Source: a virus
Lineage: Duplodnaviria > Caudoviricetes
Length of the DNA stretch: 64,000 nucleotides
Virus record (IMG/VR): IMGVR_UViG_3300049170_000080
Span: 888-64,887 of that record
Strand: one strand, 5' to 3'
This document shows, one piece after another, positions 1-8,088 of the stretch. Within the stretch, counting starts at the first letter, position 1. The number at the start of each line of letters is the position of its first letter. The position numbers and the translations under genes were made by a program. The notes under the pieces were generated by a model. That model did not search any database, had not been told where the DNA came from, and worked only from the letters and a program-made list of their open reading frames with translations.

Positions 1-390
1 GGCCCCAAGTGGGGGACCGCCGACAAGAACGCCACCCGCGCCTTCCAGCAGGCACAAGGCTGGACCGGTACGGACGCCGACGGTATCCCCGGCGCCACCA
101 CCTGGAAGCTCCTCGTCGAAGGCAAGGGCAAAGACATCCCCGCCCTGCCCAAGTACGAGCCCTACCCGGGCGCCGCCTTCTTCCACGGCGGCCGCTACAG
201 CCCCGTCATCACCGCCATGGGCCGCCGCCTCGTCGCCGAGGGCTGCGGCGCCTACCGGCAGGGCCCCGGCCCCAACTGGACCAATGCCGACAAGGAATCC
301 GTCCGCCGGTTCCAGCGGAAGATCGGCGCCGAGCAGACCGGCATCCCGGACAAGGACACCTGGGACGCCCTCAAGGTCCCCAACGTCTGA
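1..390 (+). CDS. Endolysin, C-terminal peptidoglycan-binding domains (5' truncated by window)
   Basis: Frame 1 open from base 1 to TGA 388-390: GPKWGTADKNATRAFQQAQGW..DGIPGATTW and ..VRRFQRKIG..TGIPDKDTWDAL, two PGBD-like repeats; directly upstream of holin. Confidence 0.85.
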   Translation, partial: GPKWGTADKNATRAFQQAQGWTGTDADGIPGATTWKLLVEGKGKDIPALPKYEPYPGAAFFHGGRYSPVITAMGRRLVAEGCGAYRQGPGPNWTNADKESVRRFQRKIGAEQTGIPDKDTWDALKVPNV

Positions 391-426
391 CCCCCCATCA
401 CCCTTCCACGCAGAAACGAGACCCCC

Positions 427-819
427 ATGAAGTTCCTCGGACGTGAGCCCGTGGCGATCCTGGCGTTTATCGCCATCGCCCTCAAGCTCGGCTCCGCCTA
501 CGGCCTCGACGTCGACGCCGACACCCAGGCGCTCATCATGACGTTCCTGGCCTGCGGCGTCGCCGTCGCTGAGGCATTCATCCTCAAGAGCGGCGCGGCC
601 TTCGCGGCCATCGTCAACCTCGCCCACGCCGGCCTCGCCCTCTTCCTGGGCTTCGGCCTCGAGATGACGGCCGAAGAGCAGGCCCTGTGGATGCTCCTCA
701 TCGAGGGCGCCGTCGCGTTCTTCGTCCGCCGCGAGGTCACCGCCCCGGTGCAGGCCCTGCGCATCGAGAAGTCCAGCCCCCTGGACAAGACCGGCCCGCA
801 CGCGGCCGCCGGCTCCTGA
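427..819 (+). CDS. Putative holin
   Basis: 130 aa, several hydrophobic segments, begins MKFLGREPV, follows endolysin. Confidence 0.7.
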   Translation: MKFLGREPVAILAFIAIALKLGSAYGLDVDADTQALIMTFLACGVAVAEAFILKSGAAFAAIVNLAHAGLALFLGFGLEMTAEEQALWMLLIEGAVAFFVRREVTAPVQALRIEKSSPLDKTGPHAAAGS

Positions 820-862
820 CCGGCTTACCTGCGTCCCCTCAACCCTGGACTGGACCCGGTGA

Positions 863-1159
863 ATGAACGCGACCGTCACCCTGGTCGGCGGGCTCATGGC
901 GCTCGTCGGCGTTCTGGCGACGGCGGCGGTCGCGTACCTGGGAAAGCGCGGCGAGAACGCGCTGACGGGATACACCAGCCTGACGGACCAGCTCCAGGAA
1001 GAGCGGACCGAGCTGAAGCAGGAACTCGTCCAGAAGAGCGTCCAGCTGGCAGAAAAGGACGCCGCGCTGGCCGCGAAGTCAGAGCAGCGCGCCGCCGATC
1101 AGGCGGAGATCACGCGGCTCCGCGCGCTGGTGTGGCAACTCGGAGGGGACCCGACGTGA
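863..1159 (+). CDS. Membrane-anchored coiled-coil protein of lysis cassette
   Basis: N-terminal TM helix then heptad-rich segment; GTG start; stop overlaps next start. Confidence 0.65.
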   Translation: MNATVTLVGGLMALVGVLATAAVAYLGKRGENALTGYTSLTDQLQEERTELKQELVQKSVQLAEKDAALAAKSEQRAADQAEITRLRALVWQLGGDPT

Positions 1160-1851
1160 GGCGCACCGAGCATCTCCTTGCCCACCACTGGCGTGGCATC
1201 GCCACGCTGTGCGCGATTGTCGCCCTCTTCGGGATTGCTGCGCTCCTGTGGGCGCGCGTCGACAGCACGGACCGGGAGTCGGCGCGCAAGGCGCAGCAGC
1301 TTGCCGCAGAGGCAGACCTGCGCGGCCAGGCCGTCGCCACGCTGGCCACCGACGTCCGCCGCCTCCGTACGCAGATCAAGTCCGAGGGGAAGACGCCGGT
1401 AGCGCCGGACCCCACGAAGGCCGTGGACGACCTCCCCGAACGGGCCGCCGTACCGGTGCCCCTGCCGGGGGAGAAGGGCGACAAGGGCGACAAGGGGGAC
1501 CCGGGTAAGCCCGCGCCCACCATCACCCCGTCGCCGGGCGCCTCCGGCCAGCCGGGCCAACCCGGCCAGCCGGGCCAGGAGGGACTGCCGGGCAAAGATG
1601 GCGCGGACGGCCAGGACGGCCAGGACGGAGCGGACGGCCAGGACGGGCAACCGCCCGCCGGGTGGATGTACACCGACGCCCAGGGCACCAAGTACGACTG
1701 TCGGCCCGTCGACAACTTCGATCCCGACGCCCCCCGATACACCTGCACCGCGGTGTCGTCCGAGGAACCGGAACCGTCCACGCCTCCGCAGAACCCCAAC
1801 TCCAACGGCATGAACCTGGCCGTCCTCGCCCCCGACCGCCGCCGCTACTGA
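1156..1851 (+). CDS. Membrane-anchored collagen-like protein
   Basis: GTG at 1156 overlapping upstream TGA; TM segment, coiled coil, G-X-Y repeats (GDKGDKGD, GQPGQPGQ, GQDGADGQ). Confidence 0.75.
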   Translation: MRRTEHLLAHHWRGIATLCAIVALFGIAALLWARVDSTDRESARKAQQLAAEADLRGQAVATLATDVRRLRTQIKSEGKTPVAPDPTKAVDDLPERAAVPVPLPGEKGDKGDKGDPGKPAPTITPSPGASGQPGQPGQPGQEGLPGKDGADGQDGQDGADGQDGQPPAGWMYTDAQGTKYDCRPVDNFDPDAPRYTCTAVSSEEPEPSTPPQNPNSNGMNLAVLAPDRRRY

Positions 1852-1864
1852 AGGGCAGACGCTG

Positions 1865-3136
1865 ATGACCACGGTGAACGGCAAGCTGATCGGGGCGGCC
1901 AACCCGGAGCGGGTGGAGATGGTCGCCAACCTCGTTGACGTCACCGGCAAACCGGCGGTCGGCTACGTGCCCACCCAGGACGGTGAGATCGTCCGCCCGG
2001 TCCCCATCCAGGCCAACAGCAGCGGCGTGTGGACGGTCACCCTGACCGCGAACACCCTGATCGAATCGACGTCGGGGGACACCCTGTGGGCCGTACAGGA
2101 AGGCCGCGCCCTCGACGGCACCCCCGTCCTCACCCACATCCTCGTCCCCGAAGACGAAGGCCCGTGGTGGGTGGGCGACCTGCGCATCGACCTATCCGAC
2201 ACCACCACCGGTGACGGCAGCATCGTCTACGTGCCCGGGCCCGCCGGACCAGCAGGCCCTGCAGGTGCGACCGGGCCGGAGGGACCCGCCGGAGCGGCAG
2301 GCGCGGCCGGCGCCACGGGCGCGTCAGCGTACGAGGTGGCCATCTTGGAAGGCTTCACCGGCACCGAAGCCGACTGGCTGGCCTCCCTCACCGGCCCTCA
2401 AGGCGCGGCCGGGCCCGCCCGCCCAGGCCTGCTCAGCGTCAACGCCCAGCCCGACAACAGCCTCGGCATCGACGGAGACTGGGCCATCTCCCCCGGGGAA
2501 CGCCGCATCTACGGCCCGAAGACCGCAGGCGCCTGGACGGTGTGGTCCCGGATCGACCCACCCACCGAACCCGGCTGGCAGCGCAACGGCTTCGCCACCC
2601 TCGACGGCAGCGACCTGTATCTCACCCACGCCGCGGACGGCTTCGGTGCGGGCACCTGCTGGCGCACCACGCTCGCCCCCACCGAGGGCCTCGACGTGTC
2701 CTTCACCGCCGAGATGTCCGGCGGCACCGGCGCCGACGGCATCACCTTCGCCCTCGCCGACCCCGCCACCGCAGCCACCTTCCAAGGCGGCGGCGGAGGC
2801 GACCTGGGCCTGGTCGGCTGCGCCGCGGCCGCGCTCGCCCTCGACACCGGCGCCGGATCCCGGGCCCGCCTCGTCACCACCACCGAGACCGCGATGACCA
2901 CCATCGCCACCTACGGCGGCGCCCTGGACCTACGCGCCGCACCCGTCCAGGTCCGCGTCCTCTACCAGGCAGGCAAACTGTCCGCCTGGCTGGACGGCAC
3001 CCTGCTGTTCGACGAGGTGACCGTGGCGGCGGCCGCGAACGCCCGGATCGGCTGGACGGGCTCCAACGGCGGCGCCAACGACAACCACATCATCCGCGAC
3101 GCCGCCTTCGTCCCCAAGGGCGGCATCCAACTCTGA
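1865..3136 (+). CDS. Collagen-repeat protein with C-terminal L-type (ConA-like) lectin domain; possible fibre/adhesin
   Basis: GPAGPAG repeats; GADGITFAL, GGDLG, ALDT, IGWTGSNGG..NHII pattern typical of legume-lectin fold. Confidence 0.65.
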   Translation: MTTVNGKLIGAANPERVEMVANLVDVTGKPAVGYVPTQDGEIVRPVPIQANSSGVWTVTLTANTLIESTSGDTLWAVQEGRALDGTPVLTHILVPEDEGPWWVGDLRIDLSDTTTGDGSIVYVPGPAGPAGPAGATGPEGPAGAAGAAGATGASAYEVAILEGFTGTEADWLASLTGPQGAAGPARPGLLSVNAQPDNSLGIDGDWAISPGERRIYGPKTAGAWTVWSRIDPPTEPGWQRNGFATLDGSDLYLTHAADGFGAGTCWRTTLAPTEGLDVSFTAEMSGGTGADGITFALADPATAATFQGGGGGDLGLVGCAAAALALDTGAGSRARLVTTTETAMTTIATYGGALDLRAAPVQVRVLYQAGKLSAWLDGTLLFDEVTVAAAANARIGWTGSNGGANDNHIIRDAAFVPKGGIQL

Positions 3137-3145
3137 GCGGCCGGC

Positions 3146-3886
3146 TCAGGGCGCCACACGTCCGTTCGCATTGAAGGCCGCGTAGGTGAGCGGCATCAGC
3201 TTGGCCCACTCCGCCTCCATCTTTTCGCCCACCATCTCGATCTCCCGCTGCGGGAAAGACGGGACCTTGGCCAGCTCGTGCTGGGTGCGCAGGCCGAGGA
3301 AATGCATCAGCGAGCGGGCGTTGCAGGTGGCGTACATGGAGGAGTACAGGCCGACGGGGAGCACCGCGCGGGCGACCTCGCGGGCAACACCGTCCTCGAT
3401 CATCCGCTGGTAGGCCCTGTACGCCAGGCGGTACCCCGCGGTCATCCGTCGTGATGCGGTGTGGCGTAGGGCGTCACTTCCCGCCTCGAAGCGGTACTGA
3501 CCGGGCTTGCCGACCTGCACCAGCTTGCGGTCGGGGCCGGGGACGTAGAAGACCGGCTGGAGCTCCCGGTACCGGCCCGACTCCTCGTTGTAGGACCAGC
3601 CGACGCGGTGCCGCATGAACTCCCGGAAGACGAAGATCGGGGCGCTGATGAAGAAGGTCATCGAGTTGTGCTCGAACGGGCTGCCGTGCCGGTCCCGCAT
3701 CAGGTAGTTGATCAGGCCCTGGGAACGCTCGGGATCCTTGCCCAGCTCCTCCAGGGACTGCTCGCCGACGGTGGAGACACGGGCGGCCCACAGCACGTCC
3801 GTATCAGCCGCGCTGTGCTTGACCAGCTCGACTGTCACGTCGCTGCGGAAGATGGGGTCGATTGCATCGGCGGGGGCGTGGGTCAC
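3146..3886 (-). CDS. thyX: FAD-dependent thymidylate synthase
   Basis: RDRHGSPFEH and RHRVGWSYNEESGRY (ThyX motif); GTG start at 3886 preferred over the longer ORF call. Confidence 0.95.
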   Translation of the reverse strand: MTHAPADAIDPIFRSDVTVELVKHSAADTDVLWAARVSTVGEQSLEELGKDPERSQGLINYLMRDRHGSPFEHNSMTFFISAPIFVFREFMRHRVGWSYNEESGRYRELQPVFYVPGPDRKLVQVGKPGQYRFEAGSDALRHTASRRMTAGYRLAYRAYQRMIEDGVAREVARAVLPVGLYSSMYATCNARSLMHFLGLRTQHELAKVPSFPQREIEMVGEKMEAEWAKLMPLTYAAFNANGRVAP

Positions 3887-3973
3887 CTGGGCGCTCCGTT
3901 CAGGGAAGGGGTGCGCCCAGTGTCCCGGCCCTGCGAGGAGAGGATCCCTCCGCTCGTACGTACGATGGCCAGC

Positions 3974-4144
3974 ATGAGCACGCCCGCGCCGAGACCCGCT
4001 CCGCCCCTGCCCGAGTGCCCGCCGTCCCAGGTCGGCCCGTGCACCCGGTGCCAGCAGCCCTGCCACCGGTACGGCACGGGCGGGAACCCACTCTGCGTGC
4101 TCTGCTACCAGGAGTTGGAGGCCTGGCGGGAAGCCCGCAAGTAG
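3974..4144 (+). CDS. Small zinc-finger-like protein
   Basis: CTRCQQPC..LCVLC in 56 aa; followed by terminator hairpin. Confidence 0.6.
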   Translation: MSTPAPRPAPPLPECPPSQVGPCTRCQQPCHRYGTGGNPLCVLCYQELEAWREARK

Positions 4145-4157
4145 GCGGCAAAACGGG

Positions 4158-4187
4158 CGAGGGCCCTCACCGTGGTGAGGGCCCTCG
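4158..4187. terminator. Intrinsic terminator-like hairpin between convergent genes
   Basis: CGAGGGCCCTCACC-gt-GGTGAGGGCCCTCG perfect 14 bp inverted repeat. Confidence 0.75.
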
Positions 4188-4205
4188 GTACTGCATCGCT
4201 CCCGG

Positions 4206-4457
4206 TCAGCGCCGGGACTGGAACCAGATGATCAGCAGGGTTACAGCGCCGGAACCGACGCGGCTGGACGCGCCGCGCAGGAGCTCCTCCGAGACGATGC
4301 GTCCCGGACCGGCGAACCGTTTGCGCAGGCCACGGGCCATACGGCGCAGGCGGCTGTCCCTCGAGTAGGCATCCTTGTTAGTCTCTTCCAAGGTGTTCCG
4401 AATCCTTCCAATAGCCGGTTGGTGATCGAATACCGCGCAGGGAGCCCCTTCCGACAT
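4206..4457 (-). CDS. Small membrane protein, paralog of 9266..9448 (start uncertain: 4457 or 4340)
   Basis: C-terminus LLRGASSRVGSGAVTLLIIWFQSRR resembles LARGLAYGVGSGAVSLLLLWAQGRY. Confidence 0.5.
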   Translation of the reverse strand: MSEGAPCAVFDHQPAIGRIRNTLEETNKDAYSRDSRLRRMARGLRKRFAGPGRIVSEELLRGASSRVGSGAVTLLIIWFQSRR

Positions 4458-4610
4458 TGGGCCTCGACAACTCACGTCGGGAACGGGCTCCTTCTGCGTA
4501 TCCGAGTGTATAGAGGGCATCGGGGGCTGAAGACCCAGGGGACCACAACTCCTACCCTTCGCACACGGGCCGTCACACCACGTATCCGCTTGTAGCGGTC
4601 GGGTCCTGTC

Positions 4611-4670
4611 CAGTCCCATTCAGTCCCGCTCAGTCCCATCGAGTCCCGGCGGAACCCGGCGGAACCCGGG
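4611..4670. repeat. Six 10-bp phased degenerate repeats
   Basis: cagtcccatt/cagtcccgct/cagtcccatc/gagtcccggc/ggaacccggc/ggaacccggg. Confidence 0.8.
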
Positions 4671-4685
4671 ACTCAGACAGCAGCC

Positions 4686-4701
4686 TGTGACTGTGCTCAC
4701 A
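4686..4701. promoter_or_regulatory. CRP-type box
   Basis: TGTGA-ctgtgc-TCACA, perfect match to the TGTGA-N6-TCACA consensus, in a non-coding stretch. Confidence 0.5.
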
Positions 4702-5015
4702 TTTTCGGCCCATGGCAGAGCTCTCCCTTCAGTAGCCGCATCCGGGCTTGGATGCGGGAACCGTAGACCAAACTGGAGAGTTCGTGTTCCGGGGGCTGCA
4801 ATACACAGCCACCGGTGCCGTCAGCCCAGGTGAACCGGCATGCGACTGCGAATTTCCCCACGATCCTGCGCGCGCAATGCGAGTTCCTGCAAACTGCAGC
4901 TAAGTACAGCTAGTTGGGGCAGGGCGGCGAGTCGTCCACTTGGCCAAATCTCGTCAGGCGTAGCTCAGGCACCGATGCGTCGAGGTAAGGCCGTCAAAGG
5001 CGCGAGGATGAATCC

Positions 5016-5366
5016 ATGACCGACGGCTTCGTCCACCTGCCCAACGTGCTCGTGCGGTGCATCAACGACTGCGGCGGATACCTCGCGGTGCGCGACGGTG
5101 AGTACGTCCGCGTGGACGACCAGGACGAAGCCACACGGTTCGTCTCGGAAACCGGAGGGTGGCAGGCGTCCATGGAGGCCGGCTGGGGCAACATGCCTCC
5201 CCCCGGACACCAGCCGCACGACCGGCCCTTCGGCACAGGCGGAAGGATCACCTGCGACGGCAGCGGAGTCGGCGACTGCACGGAGGCCCGCGCCTACAGG
5301 AACTCCATCGTCTGCCCCGGATGCCGAGCGTCCGGCTGGCGCCTCACGCAGAAGCCCTCTGGGTAA
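5016..5366 (+). CDS. Hypothetical protein
   Basis: 116 aa ORF, RBS-like gagga upstream, Cys pairs. Confidence 0.6.
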   Translation: MTDGFVHLPNVLVRCINDCGGYLAVRDGEYVRVDDQDEATRFVSETGGWQASMEAGWGNMPPPGHQPHDRPFGTGGRITCDGSGVGDCTEARAYRNSIVCPGCRASGWRLTQKPSG

Positions 5367-5419
5367 CGCGCATGAGGTGTGTTCTTCAATCGCAGATCGC
5401 ATCGCTTCACCGGAGATTG

Positions 5420-5440
5420 GCTCCTGACGAAGAATCGAAC
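5420..5440 (+). repeat. 21-bp direct repeat, copy 1
   Basis: GCTCCTGACGAAGAATCGAAC identical to 7266..7286; both followed by NNNTCGAAC. Confidence 0.9.
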
Positions 5441-5493
5441 GGATCGAACTGCCGGGAACTACCAGAACTACAGGATCGGCACGGGGTGGGCAC

Positions 5494-5751
5494 ATGCACG
5501 CAAGTACCGACGACGAGGCCACCGCGCACCTGCTGGTCGTGGCGGCCTTCCACAACGCAGCAGCCAAGGCGGACGAGCACGACGACGTCTCCATCGGCGA
5601 GTTCTCCCGGGCTGTCCTCCAGCGCTTCGACGAGTACGGCGAACTCCAGGGCCGCCTGTACGACGTCGTCCGCGGCTACGCACAGAAGCACGCTTCCCTT
5701 GAGGAACAGGCAGCGCTGGAGCGGTGGATCGCAGAGAAGACCGGCCGCTGA
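5494..5751 (+). CDS. Hypothetical protein
   Basis: 85 aa helical-looking ORF with high-GC codon usage. Confidence 0.6.
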   Translation: MHASTDDEATAHLLVVAAFHNAAAKADEHDDVSIGEFSRAVLQRFDEYGELQGRLYDVVRGYAQKHASLEEQAALERWIAEKTGR

Positions 5752-5881
5752 CACGCGCCAGGCGGGGATCTGACCGTCTGGCTCCAGCTAATGTTCCTAC
5801 AGTCGACCGTTCGGGAACCGTGGGGAACAACCTGGCCGGATGCCGCAATCATGGGACTCTCAAGCCTGCAAGGGAGTCCGT

Positions 5882-6364
5882 ATGCACCAGCCTCGCCGTT
5901 TCCATCTCCAGCGCGACACCGACATCACCGGTGTGTCCGGCACTGGCCGCGTCGCTGAGGGCGTCATGTGGTCCGACGGCACCGTATCCGTTCGCTGGCT
6001 CGGAGAGCGCCCCAGCGCGGTCTTCTGGGAGAACGGACTGGCCGACGCCGAACACGTCCACGGACACGGCGGCCACACCCGCATCGTGTGGGACGACCCA
6101 GAGCCCGCCACGCCCGGCGAGTGCGAGCACTGCCCCGACGGTCACACGCCGGCCGACCGCGGTTCTCAGCCCTGGAGCGCGTACGTCGGCCCCCAGCGGG
6201 ACAGCGATGGTCAGCCGATGCAGATCATCGTGGCCCGTTCCGCAGGTGCGCACGTCGCGGAGTCCGATGCCGAATGGATCAGGGCACGGCTGAACGGCCC
6301 GGCCGACGAACGTCCGACGGTTATGCGGCCGACCACCTTCTCGCGACTCGGGCGCGGCGCGTAA
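5882..6364 (+). CDS. Conserved phage hypothetical protein
   Basis: RRFHLQRDTDITGVSGTGRVAEGV..DGTVSVRW..HGHGGHTRIVW, recalled from actinophage proteins; ATG 5882 after ggag. Confidence 0.7.
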   Translation: MHQPRRFHLQRDTDITGVSGTGRVAEGVMWSDGTVSVRWLGERPSAVFWENGLADAEHVHGHGGHTRIVWDDPEPATPGECEHCPDGHTPADRGSQPWSAYVGPQRDSDGQPMQIIVARSAGAHVAESDAEWIRARLNGPADERPTVMRPTTFSRLGRGA

Positions 6365-6421
6365 CGGGCGCCCTGTCTGTCAGGATCGCTCTCTCCCACG
6401 CGCATAACGTGTGTTCCGCGC

Positions 6422-7273
6422 GTGGCTGACTGGCATGATCGGGGCATGGTTGAAGCCGCACGTTATCCCGACTACCTGCACAAGACGGCGGAAGCTGTTG
6501 CTGCATTCCGCGACGCCTTCGTCGACTTCTTGTCTCTGCACGAGGAGATGACAGCATCAGGATTCGCGCGTGGCATGGCGCCCGCTGTGGAGCCTCGCGA
6601 TGACGTGGATCCGGCCGACATATCGGCGGCAGCCGCACGGGTCTCTCGGGCAGCAGGTCGCGCTCTGTATGCACCGACTCTGACTGGCACCCTTATTCAG
6701 GTGGAGGGCAAGCCGAAGCCTGTTGACCCGATCGCGGCTTGGCGCTCGGTCACGTTGCCGAAGCCGCTGCTGGAGCCTGGTGACGTGATCGACGCAGCCG
6801 AGCAGATTCTTGGCCGGCTGGAGGCCATGGAGATGAAGGCGACCGCTGAACTACCACCAACCAGCGGGGTCGAGGCCCTTCATCCGTCAATCTGGGGGCC
6901 GGCGGGCAAGCTGTGGCGGGACGGACACTTCCGATCCGCTGTGCATTCAGCCGCGGAGGCCCTAACCGCCCAGCTCAGGACTCGGGTCGGACAACCGGGC
7001 CTGGATGCTACTGCTCTCTACGGGAAGATCTTCTCTGAGAGGGACCCACTCTTGCAGTGGCCAGGCGATCCGACCGATTTGACTGTGAAGTCGATGCGCG
7101 CCGGGTTGGGGAAGTATGCGACCGGCGTCAACATGACGGTCAGGAACACCGCGGCTCATGGGACGGCAGAGATGTCGGCGCAGGACGCGATGGAGCGCCT
7201 TGCTGCGTTGAGTCTCTTGGCGCGATGGATCGACGAGTGTGAAGACATCTCCTCACCGGAGAATCGCTCCTGA
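6422..7273 (+). CDS. TIGR02391/Ymh-type HEPN-domain protein
   Basis: LHPSIW..LWRDGHFRSAV..A..RNTAAH (Rx4H)..A.ERLAALSLLARWID; codon usage less GC-skewed than neighbours. Confidence 0.75.
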   Translation: MADWHDRGMVEAARYPDYLHKTAEAVAAFRDAFVDFLSLHEEMTASGFARGMAPAVEPRDDVDPADISAAAARVSRAAGRALYAPTLTGTLIQVEGKPKPVDPIAAWRSVTLPKPLLEPGDVIDAAEQILGRLEAMEMKATAELPPTSGVEALHPSIWGPAGKLWRDGHFRSAVHSAAEALTAQLRTRVGQPGLDATALYGKIFSERDPLLQWPGDPTDLTVKSMRAGLGKYATGVNMTVRNTAAHGTAEMSAQDAMERLAALSLLARWIDECEDISSPENRS

Positions 7274-7286
7274 CGAAGAATCGAAC
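7266..7286 (+). repeat. 21-bp direct repeat, copy 2
   Basis: Identical to 5420..5440; overlaps stop codon of the HEPN gene. Confidence 0.9.
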
Positions 7287-7352
7287 ACGTCGAACATCGG
7301 AGGGATCATCGTGCGTGGCGTCGGATAACCTCTCCTTACGCGACGTCAGGGC

Positions 7353-7574
7353 TCAGTCCTGCAGCATGTCCTGGAACAGTTCGCAGTCGACGGCATGCCA
7401 CGCACGGACCATGATCTCGTCCTCAACCCGCACCACTTCGATGCGCCAGGCCAGGCAGTGATGGCACGGCCAGATCTCGTACGCCTCGCCGTCTTCGTCG
7501 AAGGCCGGCATGTCGATCGAGCCGACAGGGGCACTTCGCGTGGTGTTCGGCCTGCGCTCAGGGGTGTCTGTCAC
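7353..7574 (-). CDS. Hypothetical protein with CxxC/HxxxC
   Basis: 73 aa ORF, WPCHHC..WHAVDC. Confidence 0.6.
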   Translation of the reverse strand: MTDTPERRPNTTRSAPVGSIDMPAFDEDGEAYEIWPCHHCLAWRIEVVRVEDEIMVRAWHAVDCELFQDMLQD

Positions 7575-7612
7575 CGGTCCAGTATCGCGTCGGAGGGATC
7601 ATCCCGGCCCAC

Positions 7613-7640
7613 GTACTAGATAATTACTGTTATCTGGATC
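7613..7640. other. dif/lox-like 11-6-11 recombination site candidate
   Basis: GTACTAGATAA-ttactg-TTATCTGGATC; AT-rich island with imperfect inverted arms, upstream of recombinase operon. Confidence 0.45.
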
Positions 7641-7665
7641 TAGAGCAGTGAGGGAGCTCGCGCCC

Positions 7666-8088
7666 ATGAGAGTGATCATCGACGGCAAGCTGGAACTGGA
7701 CCTACCCGCGCCTCCCCGAGAGGGAGAAATCATCTCCTGGGACGGCGACGCCCGCCGCGTTGAGACCGTCGTCTGGCTCATCCCGAACACCAACATGTAC
7801 GGACAGGCCCCTAGCGCCGAAGACGTCTCCATCCATGTCCAACGGGAGAAGGACTGGCGCGAAGGCCTCACGGAAGCAGAGCTCCATGCCCGCTTCGGAC
7901 ACCCGGACTTCGAGTACCGAACCACTGAGGGCGCTCGCAAGCAGTTCGACGCCAGCATCCCGCCCGCCGACGACAACGGCGACCCAGACCCCACGTGGGA
8001 AGTGAACGTGGACGCAGGCCGCAACGGTTGGGACCGCTTCGACTACACCGAAGAGGCGTACTGGCGCCGCCGGAAGCAGAAGCGGTGA
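7666..8088 (+). CDS. Hypothetical protein
   Basis: ATG 7666 after agggag; stop overlaps recombinase start. Confidence 0.65.
   Translation: MRVIIDGKLELDLPAPPREGEIISWDGDARRVETVVWLIPNTNMYGQAPSAEDVSIHVQREKDWREGLTEAELHARFGHPDFEYRTTEGARKQFDASIPPADDNGDPDPTWEVNVDAGRNGWDRFDYTEEAYWRRRKQKR

Noticed and set aside
9-446. 145-aa ORF from the supplied track
   Set aside because: Arg/Pro-rich shadow frame; the real coding frame is frame 1 (endolysin, 1..390), missed because it lacks a start in the window
1470-1650. Short tandem repeats that might look like an array
   Set aside because: 9-bp periodicity is explained by collagen G-X-Y codons
5435-5449. TCGAAC repeats in the 21-bp direct repeat as SOS boxes
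   Set aside because: Half-sites are in direct, not inverted, orientation (TCGAAC-N3-TCGAAC), so they do not form a canonical LexA operator
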